From NCBI GenBank assembly GCA_002483085.1, contig DLHF01000072.1, forward strand, positions 28,310-92,309: 64,000 nt of DNA, given 5' to 3'. Below, piece after piece: positions 10,671 to 20,082 of the stretch; the stretch's first letter is position 1; every line of letters starts with the position of its first letter. This DNA is from Ignavibacteria bacterium UBA7675. GTDB taxonomy: Bacteria > Bacteroidota > Ignavibacteria > Kapaibacteriales > UB7675. Both the position numbers and the translations under genes were made by a program. The notes under the pieces are model-generated. The model worked only from the letters and a program-made list of their open reading frames with translations, ran no database searches and was not told the DNA's origin.

Positions 10671-11471
10671 TTACAATTTAATAGACGCTGCAATCAGGAG
10701 CTGCGAGGCACGAATTTTAAATGCTTCTCCATTTTTGGAAAGCGTTGTCAACGGAATAACATACTGATACAGAGGCGTAATCATCAACCTGTCGCTTATG
10801 CGAATGTCCACACCAAAACCTCCTGCCAGCCCTAGCTGGAACGCTTGTACATCGGGTAAACTGCCGTCTTGGAGTGTGGCCTGACTTGGATTGTCTTCTG
10901 TAAAGCTAATATATACAACCTGCCCGTCGTCGAGAGTTACGGTTTCCTGTGCAGCTTTTTTAGTGTGCGTAATATGCGATGAGAGAATAAACTGTGGCAT
11001 CAGGCCGAGGTGGATAAAGCTCTGCCACGCAGGCGACCATTCAACGAAGGGAGTGAACGACAGCAGCGAAAAATCGACGTCGGCTTCGTTGCGGAACAAG
11101 ATGGATTCTTTCAACGTTTGACCCGGTGTCGACGAAGGTATATCGTCGATGAGTTCATATTCATTGTAGACAGCATTAATATTCCGGTGCTCGTAGGCAG
11201 CGCGAATACCATAGGCAAAGGACGAGGTGCCTATTCGCCGCCTAATCATGGTGCCAATCATAAAGCCTGTCTGAGCTCCTCCGGTAAAACGGCCACAACT
11301 GGTTTCCAGAGTGCCGTCCTGCATGTGGAAGCTCGGCCCAAAAATTATTCCGATCTCGCCAGGAGACGTGCGCCTGCCAGGAACTAAAGGATCCGACAGT
11401 GTGGAGTCCTGTGCAAGAACCAAACTACTACCTGTAAGCAGACAAAAGAGGACGGTAAAGATGCGATACAT
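10671..11471 (-). CDS. Putative outer-membrane beta-barrel protein
   Basis: Signal peptide MYRIFTVLFCLLTGSSLVLAQ, followed by alternating hydrophobic and aromatic beta-strand patterns. No specific family was recognised. Confidence 0.5.
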   Translation of the reverse strand: MYRIFTVLFCLLTGSSLVLAQDSTLSDPLVPGRRTSPGEIGIIFGPSFHMQDGTLETSCGRFTGGAQTGFMIGTMIRRRIGTSSFAYGIRAAYEHRNINAVYNEYELIDDIPSSTPGQTLKESILFRNEADVDFSLLSFTPFVEWSPAWQSFIHLGLMPQFILSSHITHTKKAAQETVTLDDGQVVYISFTEDNPSQATLQDGSLPDVQAFQLGLAGGFGVDIRISDRLMITPLYQYVIPLTTLSKNGEAFKIRASQLLIAASIKL

Positions 11472-12084
11472 AGCTGTGATCGACTGAATGAGCGCCTTGT
11501 GTAACTGTGCGGGTCGAAGTTATTAAACATTTGCATATCGTGCAAGTCTATATTCGATTCCACAAGCAGTCGTTTTTTACCAGACAGATGCTATCGCTGC
11601 TACCGATCATCAACAAAAGTGGGCTGGTAGTTTCCGCGCAATGTCTCTGTGTGAGCAAAATTATCGGGGCTCTATAGACGTCGATACAACGCAGTGTTGC
11701 ATATTGCATAACTTTGGAAGCCAAGCCAAGAGCTATTTATATATCGGCAAAAGCTAGGCAGCGTTCTGCTGCAAAGGAAAAAACAAGGGCGTGGGCGGTA
11801 GCCCCAAGAGCGATCTGATGGCGGCGAGGCTTGGGCTGCTTTGAGTAATGGCTGCGGTAAAGCCAGGCAACAACGAGGCGGTAATGCAGCGCGGTGCGCT
11901 CGTCCGCGCATCATTCTTATGATAACTCAGGCCAAACGCGAGGGTGTCAAGCGCAGCGCAATACTACTCTTTTATAGTATAGTCTTACAGATTTACAGAC
12001 GCAGCCAGATAATTGCCGCTGAATTCTATGCGCCTTAGTTGTAATATTATTTTTGATATTAAGAACATTATAAAGCACAAGAAG

Positions 12085-13545
12085 ATGAATACAGTACATA
12101 CAGACAAGAACAATCCTGAACGCAATGATACTGTAAAGAACCTCCCGGAGATAGCGCGGGAACACGACAACGAGACTCATTTACATGCTGGTACTCCTTT
12201 GTATGGAGGGGCACGTGGAGCGGCAATCCGCGTGCTATCGCGGATCGACCAGAGTGATTCCTATTTAGACAAAGTGTTAGAGAAAGAATTAGAGAACTCG
12301 GAGCTCAGCAGTCTCGACAAATCGCTGCTTACAGAAATCGTCCACGGCGTCGTTCGCTGGCAAGCCAAGCTGGACTGGGTTCTGACTGGTTTTTATCATG
12401 GGGAATTCACCAAATGTATTATCCCTGTGAAAAACGCGATGCGCATTGCGCTCTATCAGATTATGTTCCTTGATAAGATACCCCCATTTGCCGCTGTCAA
12501 CGAGTCGGTAGAAATCATCAAGCGCATAAAGGGTGTGCGTTCGGCTAATGTTGTCAATGCTGTACTGCGTAATATTCTCCACCACATCGACGAAATCCGC
12601 TATCCAAAGCGGGAAGAAGATATTCCCCGGTACTTTGCTATTGTGTATTCGCACCCGCAATGGATGGTAAAGCGCTGGCTTGAGCAGTTTGGCGAGGAGC
12701 AGACCGAGGCATTCCTACAGGCCAATAATCGCCGCCCTCCTCTTACTTTACGCATCAACACGCTTCAGACCTCTATACAAGATTTCACCGATATGCTGCA
12801 GGAGCGCAAGGTAGCTTTTTCCGTTTCGCCCTACGAAGAACGGTCGATTATTATGCAATATCTGCATAACATCCGGCATTCGGAAGCGTTCGGCAAAGGA
12901 ATGTTCTCTGTGCAGGACGTCAGCGCCACGCTTGCGGCTAGGCTCGCCGCTCCTGCTCCTGGTTCGCTGATTTATGACCTTTGTGCAGCTCCTGGTGGCA
13001 AAGCAACATTTCTGGCCGAGTTGTCAGGAGACACTGGCAAAATTATAGCTCTCGACAAATACGAAGCCAAGCTGCGCTATATACGGGAGAATGCCCAGAG
13101 ACTAAAGCTGAACTCTATAGAGGCAGTAGCTGCCGATGCCCGCACCTTTGCACCTGGCGAGCTGGCCGACGTCGTTCTGGTCGACGCTCCTTGCTCTGGA
13201 ACTGGTACACTTTCTAAAAAGCCAGACATTAAATGGAAGCGGGAAATTCAGGATATACGCGTTATGGCTGATTTCCAGAAGCAACTGCTGGCTCATGCTG
13301 CATCATTAGTTCGCCCAGGTGGCGTATTGGTGTACAGCACCTGCTCGGTTGAGCCAGAGGAAAACACCGCAGTAGCAGAGTGGTTTCGCCAAAACTTCAC
13401 TCACTTTACATTAGATAACGCCGAATCGTATCTTCCGACCGAAGTGTGTAGCAATGGCTATATGCAGATGTTCCCACATGTTCACCGCACAGATGGAGCC
13501 TTTGCAGCGCGATTTGTCCGCCAACCAGACACCCCCTTGGAATAA
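12085..13545 (+). CDS. rsmB: 16S rRNA (cytosine967-C5)-methyltransferase
   Basis: NusB-like N-terminal domain, SAM motif DLCAAPGGK, and catalytic motifs DAPCSGTG and YSTCS. The ATG at 12085 was chosen; the track start is 12013. Confidence 0.85.
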   Translation: MNTVHTDKNNPERNDTVKNLPEIAREHDNETHLHAGTPLYGGARGAAIRVLSRIDQSDSYLDKVLEKELENSELSSLDKSLLTEIVHGVVRWQAKLDWVLTGFYHGEFTKCIIPVKNAMRIALYQIMFLDKIPPFAAVNESVEIIKRIKGVRSANVVNAVLRNILHHIDEIRYPKREEDIPRYFAIVYSHPQWMVKRWLEQFGEEQTEAFLQANNRRPPLTLRINTLQTSIQDFTDMLQERKVAFSVSPYEERSIIMQYLHNIRHSEAFGKGMFSVQDVSATLAARLAAPAPGSLIYDLCAAPGGKATFLAELSGDTGKIIALDKYEAKLRYIRENAQRLKLNSIEAVAADARTFAPGELADVVLVDAPCSGTGTLSKKPDIKWKREIQDIRVMADFQKQLLAHAASLVRPGGVLVYSTCSVEPEENTAVAEWFRQNFTHFTLDNAESYLPTEVCSNGYMQMFPHVHRTDGAFAARFVRQPDTPLE

Positions 13546-13790
13546 AGTAACTTTTGCTCGAACGCAGGGTTATTAACCATAGCAATCTTTCAGTTCCCTT
13601 CCTTTGCTGCCCGGCGAATACTCTGAAAGACAAACCGTTATCTTTCTTAAAGATAGTGGTGTTTCCCCCTTGATTTTCAGAAAAAGTTTCGTCAACTTAC
13701 GAATTGGCATTTCCGGGGACGGAGATCTAATAACGGAAACTATATTCCTGCTATATTCTATTAATTAACAGCTTCTATTCGGAGGACAAG

Positions 13791-16700
13791 ATGAGAAAAC
13801 TGTACCATCTGTTGTTGCTCTCCGCAGTTGCATTGTGTATGCTCGGAGCTTCTGCAAAGACAGCATTCGCGCAAACCACAACTGTAGAGATTACGGAAGG
13901 ACGAGAGTTTTACTTTGGGATTCCCCATTGTAAGCGTCCCACAGGCGAAGGCGCACGCGGCGTTCCAATCCAGCTCTGGGTCGGTTCCAAAATCGACAAT
14001 ACCGTTACGGTCGAGGCTCCAGCTCTCGGCTTTGCACAAACACACAAGATAAAAGCTGGCACTGTTAAAATTATTTCCATTCCTGAAGGCCTGATGAATA
14101 CCGAAAGCGAGATTAGAAGATCGTATGGTATTCATGTGTCGGCTGTCGATCCTGTCACCGTCACCTGCTATCTTAGCTATAAGGTGTCCGGCGAGGCATT
14201 TGCTGTACCTTCGGTGGAAACAGCAGGTAAAAAATACTTTATCGCAAGCATGTGGCAGGATCAGACCAACGAATACAAACCTGGTCAGATTCTGATTGTC
14301 GCTACAAAAGACAATACAAAGGTAACGTACACCCCCACAGTGGATACCGAAAGGATCAAGGCTAAGAAAATCGGTAGCGTAACGCTGCAAAAAGGCGATA
14401 CGTACCTTATCCAGTCCAAAGTCCAGCCTGCATATAACCAAGACCCCATGACCGACCTTACGGGTAGCTACATTGAATCGAACAAACCCATTGTCGTGTT
14501 CTCTGGTCATACAAAAGGTGCCTATCCTCCCTTCAGCTCAACGATGCTCGGTATCCCGGCTAACTTCATGCGTAATATGTACCTAGATCACATGCATGCA
14601 GTTGAATTTCTCGGCACCGAATATGTGATAGCTCCTATCCAGTACACAAACCGCCCGTACAACAACGCAGATATTCCCGGTGAAGGGGATCTGATTCGTT
14701 TTGTTGCTTCGCAGGACGGTACCGACATGTTTGTAAGCAGAAACGACGGCACAGCGCCAAAGCTGCTCAAGTCTGGCATGAAAAGGGGCGATTATTATGA
14801 AGTAATTACCTTCAAAGATGCAGCCGTTTATACTTCGTCCAAACCAGTGCTTGCAGTTCAATACGGCAAGTCATGGCGCGTAAGTGTTGTTCCTCCGATT
14901 ATCGACCCCTCCGGTGGTGATGGGTCATCGGCCAGCCGCAAAAAAGAACAAATAGCCAACCCGCCGCGCAATGGCGAAGGTATGATGTTTGCTCTTACGC
15001 CAGAATCGCAGTGGTCGTCCCATGCAATCTTCCGTTCGCCGGAAGGCATGAACAACTTCGTCAATATTACTTTCCGCACAATCCACACCGACTCGCTGAA
15101 GTTCAACAAAAAATACTTCAGAGCAGTCTTTGGCTCGAAAGTGCATGAAATTCCCGGTACGCCCTATAGCTATGTAGCAGCAATTAATGCTTCGGGCGAA
15201 CATCAAATCGAAGCGGATTCCGGTTCCGGAGCTAAATTTGCGGCGTATGTATATGGCAACTTAGATGGCACAAAAGATGGCTTTGCCTATGGCTATCCTG
15301 TTGGTGTGAACTACGCTCTGAATCTGCCCCCCGCTCTTATCGAAATTACCGATAATATGATTTGCGGCAATGTAACAGGCAAAGTCGAAATTATTCATCA
15401 AACCCCCGATTTTGCAGGCCTGTTCGATATTCGCCTCGATAAGACTCTGTCGAGCAACTACACGCTTTCGACAGTACCCAGCCCCATCGAGACTGGCTCG
15501 GACAAGGCTGAATTCGCGCTTACACTGATCGATCCTACCAAAGACGCTCATGGCGTGGTGTATGTCATCGACCAGACTGGACAGCAGATTACTCGTACCT
15601 ACGATTATATAGCTGAAAAAGTAGAAGCTAATCCTACATCTGTGAAATTTGGCCCGCTGGCTATTGGTGCTGAAGAGTGCAAACAAATTACTCTGACCAA
15701 TCCGACCAAAGCTGATGTTGTTCTCAACGGCCTTGAGCTGAAAGACAACAGAGTAGAGTTCACAATTAAGAATCCGACGACATTCCCGGTTACCATACCC
15801 GCAGGCGGTAGCATTACCATTGATGTATGCGGTAAAGCTTTGGCAGCAGGCGAAGTGAAAGATTCCGTTCGCGCTCTGCTTACTTGCTACAACCCCATGA
15901 TCGCTGAGCTGAAGCTCGTAGCAGGACAGCCGAAAGTAACGATGACAGACTGGAATTTTGGCGATGTTCCTGTGAACATTGAAAAATCCAAGCAAATTGT
16001 TATCGAGAACATTTCCGAAGGCGATATTCAAGTTGAACTCTATTCAGTAGCATGGCAGGATAAAACCCACTATCGTACTGAAGGTCTGGAAAATGACAAA
16101 TTCCCGATTATCCTGCCGAAACGCGGAGATACCTACACCTTTACGGTGTACTACAAACCCGATCAGGTGGGTGTACAGAACGATGATGTAGCACTATTTC
16201 AGTGCAATACAACCATCGATAAAACCAATTCAATCTGGCAGGGACGTGGCATTGATGCAGGCCCGTATATCACAGGTAATGACTGGCTGAAGAGAAGAAT
16301 CAACCGCGGTCCGTACCCCTTTGATCAAGGTAGCTTTGGCATCGCAGGTAATACCGGATTTAAAGTAGAGCGCCTTGAGCTTGATGGCGCCGCACAGGAT
16401 GTTGCAGCTTTTACTGTTGATATCGACAGATTCAACAAAGACTACGCAGGCAAAACTCTGCCCGGTGGTTTTGAAGTAAAAGACTTCAAATATACCTTCA
16501 GCCCTACGGAAGAACGTGCTTACTCGGTAAAAATCAAGCTGCACGGTACAGCTCCGAATGGCGAGGCTAAAGTTGCAGAAGCTGAACTGCGCGGTATTGG
16601 TATCGAAACACATGGCAAGGGCGATGTCCTCGACTTTGGCTCGCACCTTGTAAGCACAACTCCGATCCCGGGTGTAATCGAGGCTTTCTGTACAGCTACC

Positions 16701-18092
16701 GAAAACGTTCCGATGGAACTGAAATTCAATCCGGCAGATCCGCTGAAAGGCGCCGACGAAGCATACTTCAGCATCGATCCGTCGTTCGATCTGACCCAGA
16801 CCTATCTGGTACAGCCCGGTACATCTCTCGAAATCCCGGTTCTCTTTACACCTTCGGTAAAACAAGCCAGCTTCAATGCGGAAATCAACGTAACAGAAGA
16901 TGCTCCCGAAGAAGTTCGCCTGCTCCTGATGGCCAGTTCCTTTACAGAAGGTACTCCGGGCGCTACAGCCAAAGGCGATGAGTTCAACCCGATCTACATT
17001 TATACGAACAGCGACGACGGTGTGTACAGCCCGAAACAGTATGGCAAAGTAACTGTTAAAAACACAGGTACCATCGACGCAACGATTACTGGCTGGTCTA
17101 TTGATCAAAGTAAAGACTATGTGAACTTCACAGAGCCGATAGTAAAAGCACTCCCGCTGGCCGCTGGTGAAACAACCGTCATTGACAACTTTACGTTTGT
17201 GAACCCGACTACAGAGCGCAATAACTACGAAGCAACTGTCAACATTACTGTGAAGTTCAACAACGAGCAAGAAGAAACCCTTCAGGCTACTCTGCTCGCA
17301 AAAGCAAAAGACCTGCCTATTGAGGTGAGCATCCCCAAAGGCTACAGAGTTGATGCCGGTAAGTATCAGGTAATTGACTATAACATCCGTAACCTCGATG
17401 CAAACGAGCCGCTGACAAATGCTCTGATGAACAAGTTCCATGCTTTCATAGACTATGATCAGGCGGTCATCCGCCCCGAATTCAAAGGAAGCAGGGATCT
17501 GAAAGATGCTATTCTGCTGAATGGATTGCTTGAAAGCAGCAAAGGTTGGACAGTAGCAAACGCTGAGCTCATCTCTCTGCCCGATGGCAAAGAGCGCCTG
17601 AGCCTTGAACTTCGCAACGATGGCTCCAATCCAGTCGTCCTTGGTGGCACAGCTACACAAACGCTGTTCCGCATCTCGGTACGCGGCTACCTCGCTACCG
17701 ATAAGAACACGGATTTGGACTGCGAAATCCTGCCCGTTGAGCGCCAATTCGTTATCCCCAGCGATGTGCCCGGCGATCTGGCAATCAATGAGTTCTGCGT
17801 AGATGATACCCGCGCTATCAAAAAACGCGCTGGCTTCGCTCTGAACTCGATTGCTCCGAACCCCGTAAAAGATCGTACAGAGATTACGTACTCGGTCGCT
17901 TTCGATGCTCCGACCCGACTCGTTGTTGTCAATAGCCTCGGCGAAGAAGTAGCTGTTCTCGTAGATGGTGTGCAAGAACCCGGTATCTATACAGTACCGT
18001 TCGATGCTACCACTCTCGCGGCAGGTGTGTACTTCTATCGTATCACGGCTGGCCCGTACAGCGAAACCAAAACGATGAATGTCGTGAAGTAA
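13791..18092 (+). CDS. Large secreted T9SS cargo protein (1433 aa), paralog of 2786..7174
   Basis: Signal peptide MRKLYHLLLLSAVALCMLGASA. It has the same GREFYFGIPH N-terminal domain, Ig-like repeats, a cohesin-like module and a T9SS CTD (FALNSIAPNPVKDRTEITYSV...YFYRITAGPYSETKTMNVVK). Confidence 0.85.
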   Translation: MRKLYHLLLLSAVALCMLGASAKTAFAQTTTVEITEGREFYFGIPHCKRPTGEGARGVPIQLWVGSKIDNTVTVEAPALGFAQTHKIKAGTVKIISIPEGLMNTESEIRRSYGIHVSAVDPVTVTCYLSYKVSGEAFAVPSVETAGKKYFIASMWQDQTNEYKPGQILIVATKDNTKVTYTPTVDTERIKAKKIGSVTLQKGDTYLIQSKVQPAYNQDPMTDLTGSYIESNKPIVVFSGHTKGAYPPFSSTMLGIPANFMRNMYLDHMHAVEFLGTEYVIAPIQYTNRPYNNADIPGEGDLIRFVASQDGTDMFVSRNDGTAPKLLKSGMKRGDYYEVITFKDAAVYTSSKPVLAVQYGKSWRVSVVPPIIDPSGGDGSSASRKKEQIANPPRNGEGMMFALTPESQWSSHAIFRSPEGMNNFVNITFRTIHTDSLKFNKKYFRAVFGSKVHEIPGTPYSYVAAINASGEHQIEADSGSGAKFAAYVYGNLDGTKDGFAYGYPVGVNYALNLPPALIEITDNMICGNVTGKVEIIHQTPDFAGLFDIRLDKTLSSNYTLSTVPSPIETGSDKAEFALTLIDPTKDAHGVVYVIDQTGQQITRTYDYIAEKVEANPTSVKFGPLAIGAEECKQITLTNPTKADVVLNGLELKDNRVEFTIKNPTTFPVTIPAGGSITIDVCGKALAAGEVKDSVRALLTCYNPMIAELKLVAGQPKVTMTDWNFGDVPVNIEKSKQIVIENISEGDIQVELYSVAWQDKTHYRTEGLENDKFPIILPKRGDTYTFTVYYKPDQVGVQNDDVALFQCNTTIDKTNSIWQGRGIDAGPYITGNDWLKRRINRGPYPFDQGSFGIAGNTGFKVERLELDGAAQDVAAFTVDIDRFNKDYAGKTLPGGFEVKDFKYTFSPTEERAYSVKIKLHGTAPNGEAKVAEAELRGIGIETHGKGDVLDFGSHLVSTTPIPGVIEAFCTATENVPMELKFNPADPLKGADEAYFSIDPSFDLTQTYLVQPGTSLEIPVLFTPSVKQASFNAEINVTEDAPEEVRLLLMASSFTEGTPGATAKGDEFNPIYIYTNSDDGVYSPKQYGKVTVKNTGTIDATITGWSIDQSKDYVNFTEPIVKALPLAAGETTVIDNFTFVNPTTERNNYEATVNITVKFNNEQEETLQATLLAKAKDLPIEVSIPKGYRVDAGKYQVIDYNIRNLDANEPLTNALMNKFHAFIDYDQAVIRPEFKGSRDLKDAILLNGLLESSKGWTVANAELISLPDGKERLSLELRNDGSNPVVLGGTATQTLFRISVRGYLATDKNTDLDCEILPVERQFVIPSDVPGDLAINEFCVDDTRAIKKRAGFALNSIAPNPVKDRTEITYSVAFDAPTRLVVVNSLGEEVAVLVDGVQEPGIYTVPFDATTLAAGVYFYRITAGPYSETKTMNVVK

Positions 18093-18110
18093 TTCGCTCT
18101 ATCTTGCAAA

Positions 18111-18143
18111 AACGCCCCTGTATCCACAGGGGCGTTTTTTTTT
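18111..18143 (+). terminator. Intrinsic terminator
   Basis: aacgcccctg / caggggcgtt 10 bp stem with a 6 nt loop, followed by T9. Confidence 0.85.
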
Positions 18144-18322
18144 CGGCCTTGTGCATTCTACACGCCACACCCACAAAGCACCTACTTCCGCCGTCCATAT
18201 CACCATCCTCTTAAAAAACTTATGTAACTCCTGCTCCTCAAGTGTGTTCTCACGCTGCAACTCCATAGCAAGCAACAACCAAACCCTTTGTTATTTTACA
18301 TACACCTATTGCGAGGTGCACT

Positions 18323-19759
18323 ATGAGTATCTCTCTTTTGCGTCGACCAGCCCTCTCGTTCCTGTTTTGCATAAGCCTGATAATAGTAAACACGACCTTA
18401 TACGCAGGTGAAATTACGCAAGAACGGGAATTCTACATCAGCATTCCACATTACAAAACACCGGCAAACAGCGGTGACTATGAGGCTAGCAAAGACGGTC
18501 TCGCTTTTGGCTCTCCCGTTGGTGGCAATTATACGCTGAATCTCGAACCCGACTCCATCGCAGTGGTAGCAGCAGCATCTACCTGTGGTGCCGAACAGGG
18601 CACGATACATTTTTTTGCCCACAAAAGTGGTAGCCCCGTGGGCCTTTCAGAAATATCGCTGGATAATAGCCAGTCGTTTAACTACAGGCTTACGCCTTCC
18701 ACTACTGTCGTAGGTAGCAGCACAGTGGGCTTTACCCTTACCCCTATCGACCCTTCCATCGATGCTCATGCCGTCGTTGTTATTACTGATCGCACGGCCC
18801 AGCGAGTGACTCATACAGCTCACTACACAGCGCCAAGAGTCGTTGCAGAGCCTTCAGTGAATTTTGGCCTTCTTGCTCTTGGAGCCGAAGAATGCCGGGA
18901 AATCACACTTGCCAACCCAACCTCCGAACCTATTGAAATTAGGAATATCGACGTGGCTGGCGGTAATAGTGCATTTACAATTGCCAATCCTACGGACTTT
19001 CCCCTTACCATACCAGCCGGTGGTGCCCAAATAGTGAAAGTTTGTGGCAAAGGTACTGCTGTGGGCGAAATGACAGATTCTCTCCGCATAAGCCTTGCAT
19101 GCTACACGACAACAACAACCACACTGCGAATGCAAACTGGCCAAGTACGTGTAACCATGGGCGATTGGAATTTTGGTGAGGTGGACAAGGAAACGGAAGT
19201 ATCTCGCGACATCGTTATCGAAAACATCTCCGTTGGCGCTCTGCCCTTGGAACTGTACTCCGTAGATTGGGACGATAAAGTGCATTTCCGCACCGAAGGC
19301 ATAGAAGACGATAAGTTTCCAATTGTGCTGCCCAATGTCGGCGATACATACACATTCCGAGTCTTTTACCGCCCCACAGAAGCGTCGGTGCAAAATGTCG
19401 CCATCGCTTGGTTCACCGGCAATGCTGTACTCGAAAAAACAACGTCGACATGGACTGGTCAGGGCAAAACCACGGTGTCTGTAAGCGAACCAAATGTGCC
19501 CCACCTCTGGCTTTCCAGCATTGCCCCACAACCGCTTTCCGGTTCCGGCACTGTACACTACCGCTTGGATAAGCCCGCAAACCTCACGCTCTCGGTATAT
19601 ACAATTCTCGGCGAACGAATTTTGTACACAAATGCAGGTATGCAGGCTGCTGGCGAATACACTTTGCCGATCAACACGGCGAATTTACTGCCGGGGATGT
19701 ATCTGTGCCGATTAGAGGCAGGCGGACAATCTGCTACGCAATCGCTGCTGATCCGATAG
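18323..19759 (+). CDS. T9SS cargo protein (478 aa), domain-deleted paralog of 13791..18092
   Basis: It aligns by eye to three segments of the 1433 aa protein only: the first about 20 mature residues (EREFYISIPHYK), the segment from about residue 494 to 816, and the T9SS CTD (SIAPQPLSGSGTVHYRL...YLCRLEAGGQSATQSLLIR). Confidence 0.8.
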   Translation: MSISLLRRPALSFLFCISLIIVNTTLYAGEITQEREFYISIPHYKTPANSGDYEASKDGLAFGSPVGGNYTLNLEPDSIAVVAAASTCGAEQGTIHFFAHKSGSPVGLSEISLDNSQSFNYRLTPSTTVVGSSTVGFTLTPIDPSIDAHAVVVITDRTAQRVTHTAHYTAPRVVAEPSVNFGLLALGAEECREITLANPTSEPIEIRNIDVAGGNSAFTIANPTDFPLTIPAGGAQIVKVCGKGTAVGEMTDSLRISLACYTTTTTTLRMQTGQVRVTMGDWNFGEVDKETEVSRDIVIENISVGALPLELYSVDWDDKVHFRTEGIEDDKFPIVLPNVGDTYTFRVFYRPTEASVQNVAIAWFTGNAVLEKTTSTWTGQGKTTVSVSEPNVPHLWLSSIAPQPLSGSGTVHYRLDKPANLTLSVYTILGERILYTNAGMQAAGEYTLPINTANLLPGMYLCRLEAGGQSATQSLLIR

Positions 19760-19760
19760 A

Positions 19761-19925
19761 GCGCTTCGGCCTCTGAAGGAGGCGCCCATGTGGGTGCCCC
19801 TACGCTTGGTCTCTGCACCGCGCAGCACCGCCGCTGCGTGGTTGTTCGAGCTTCATCGCTTTTTCTCGTCGTGTAGCCACTGGCGACAGCGGCCACACAG
19901 ACACTGCAACGGTGCCCGTACAACA
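19761..19925 (+). repeat. Three-box intergenic repeat, copy 2 (box1 perfect; box2 and box3 degenerate)
   Basis: Box1 ctctgcaccgcgcagcaccgccgctgcgtgg at 19811-19841, cactggcgacagcg at 19878-19891, and ggtgcccgtaca at about 19910-19921. Confidence 0.7.
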
Positions 19926-20031
19926 AAAGCAGAGGATAAAAAACCATCCAGACTGCAGAAATCACATTAATCGCAATTACATAGGACGGAACACCCAATC
20001 AGTCAACTTTTTGCAGGACGGGACAGACAAC

Positions 20032-20060
20032 AAAAAAGCCGGGTTTTACCCGGCTTTTTT
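20032..20060. terminator. Bidirectional intrinsic terminator
   Basis: A6-gccggg-tttta-cccggc-T6, lying between convergent genes. Confidence 0.75.
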
Positions 20061-20082
20061 GTGCATACTATTGTCAATAGTC

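Noticed and set aside
16230-17975. A 581 aa antisense ORF inside the 1433 aa T9SS cargo gene. Similar long shadow ORFs occur at 37006-38232, 4103-5020, 7690-8619, 596-1399, 38515-39231, 41931-42704 and 15261-16031.
   Set aside because: Each lies fully inside, and antisense to, a gene with strong motif support. Their translations are low-information (Cys/Arg/His/Phe-rich, with no signal peptides, motifs or start context). They are stop-poor frames opposite real genes, so I treat them as shadow ORFs.
18207-18236. Shared 14-mer ATCCTCTTAAAAAA about 100 nt upstream of two secreted-protein genes (18207-18236 and 23906-23934).
   Set aside because: A single 14-mer coincidence is expected by chance several times in a 64 kb window when both strands are compared. 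The flanking similarity is weak, and the motif is absent upstream of the paralogous genes.
19788-19970. Small ORFs inside repeat copies that share peptides such as VSAPRSTAAAW (19788-19970 and 53579-53878) or LHRAAQ (34006-34245 and 36478-36894).
   Set aside because: The shared peptide simply reflects the conserved box1 nucleotides. Frames, starts and stops differ between copies, and indels in the linkers are not multiples of three. There is no evidence for a conserved coding function.
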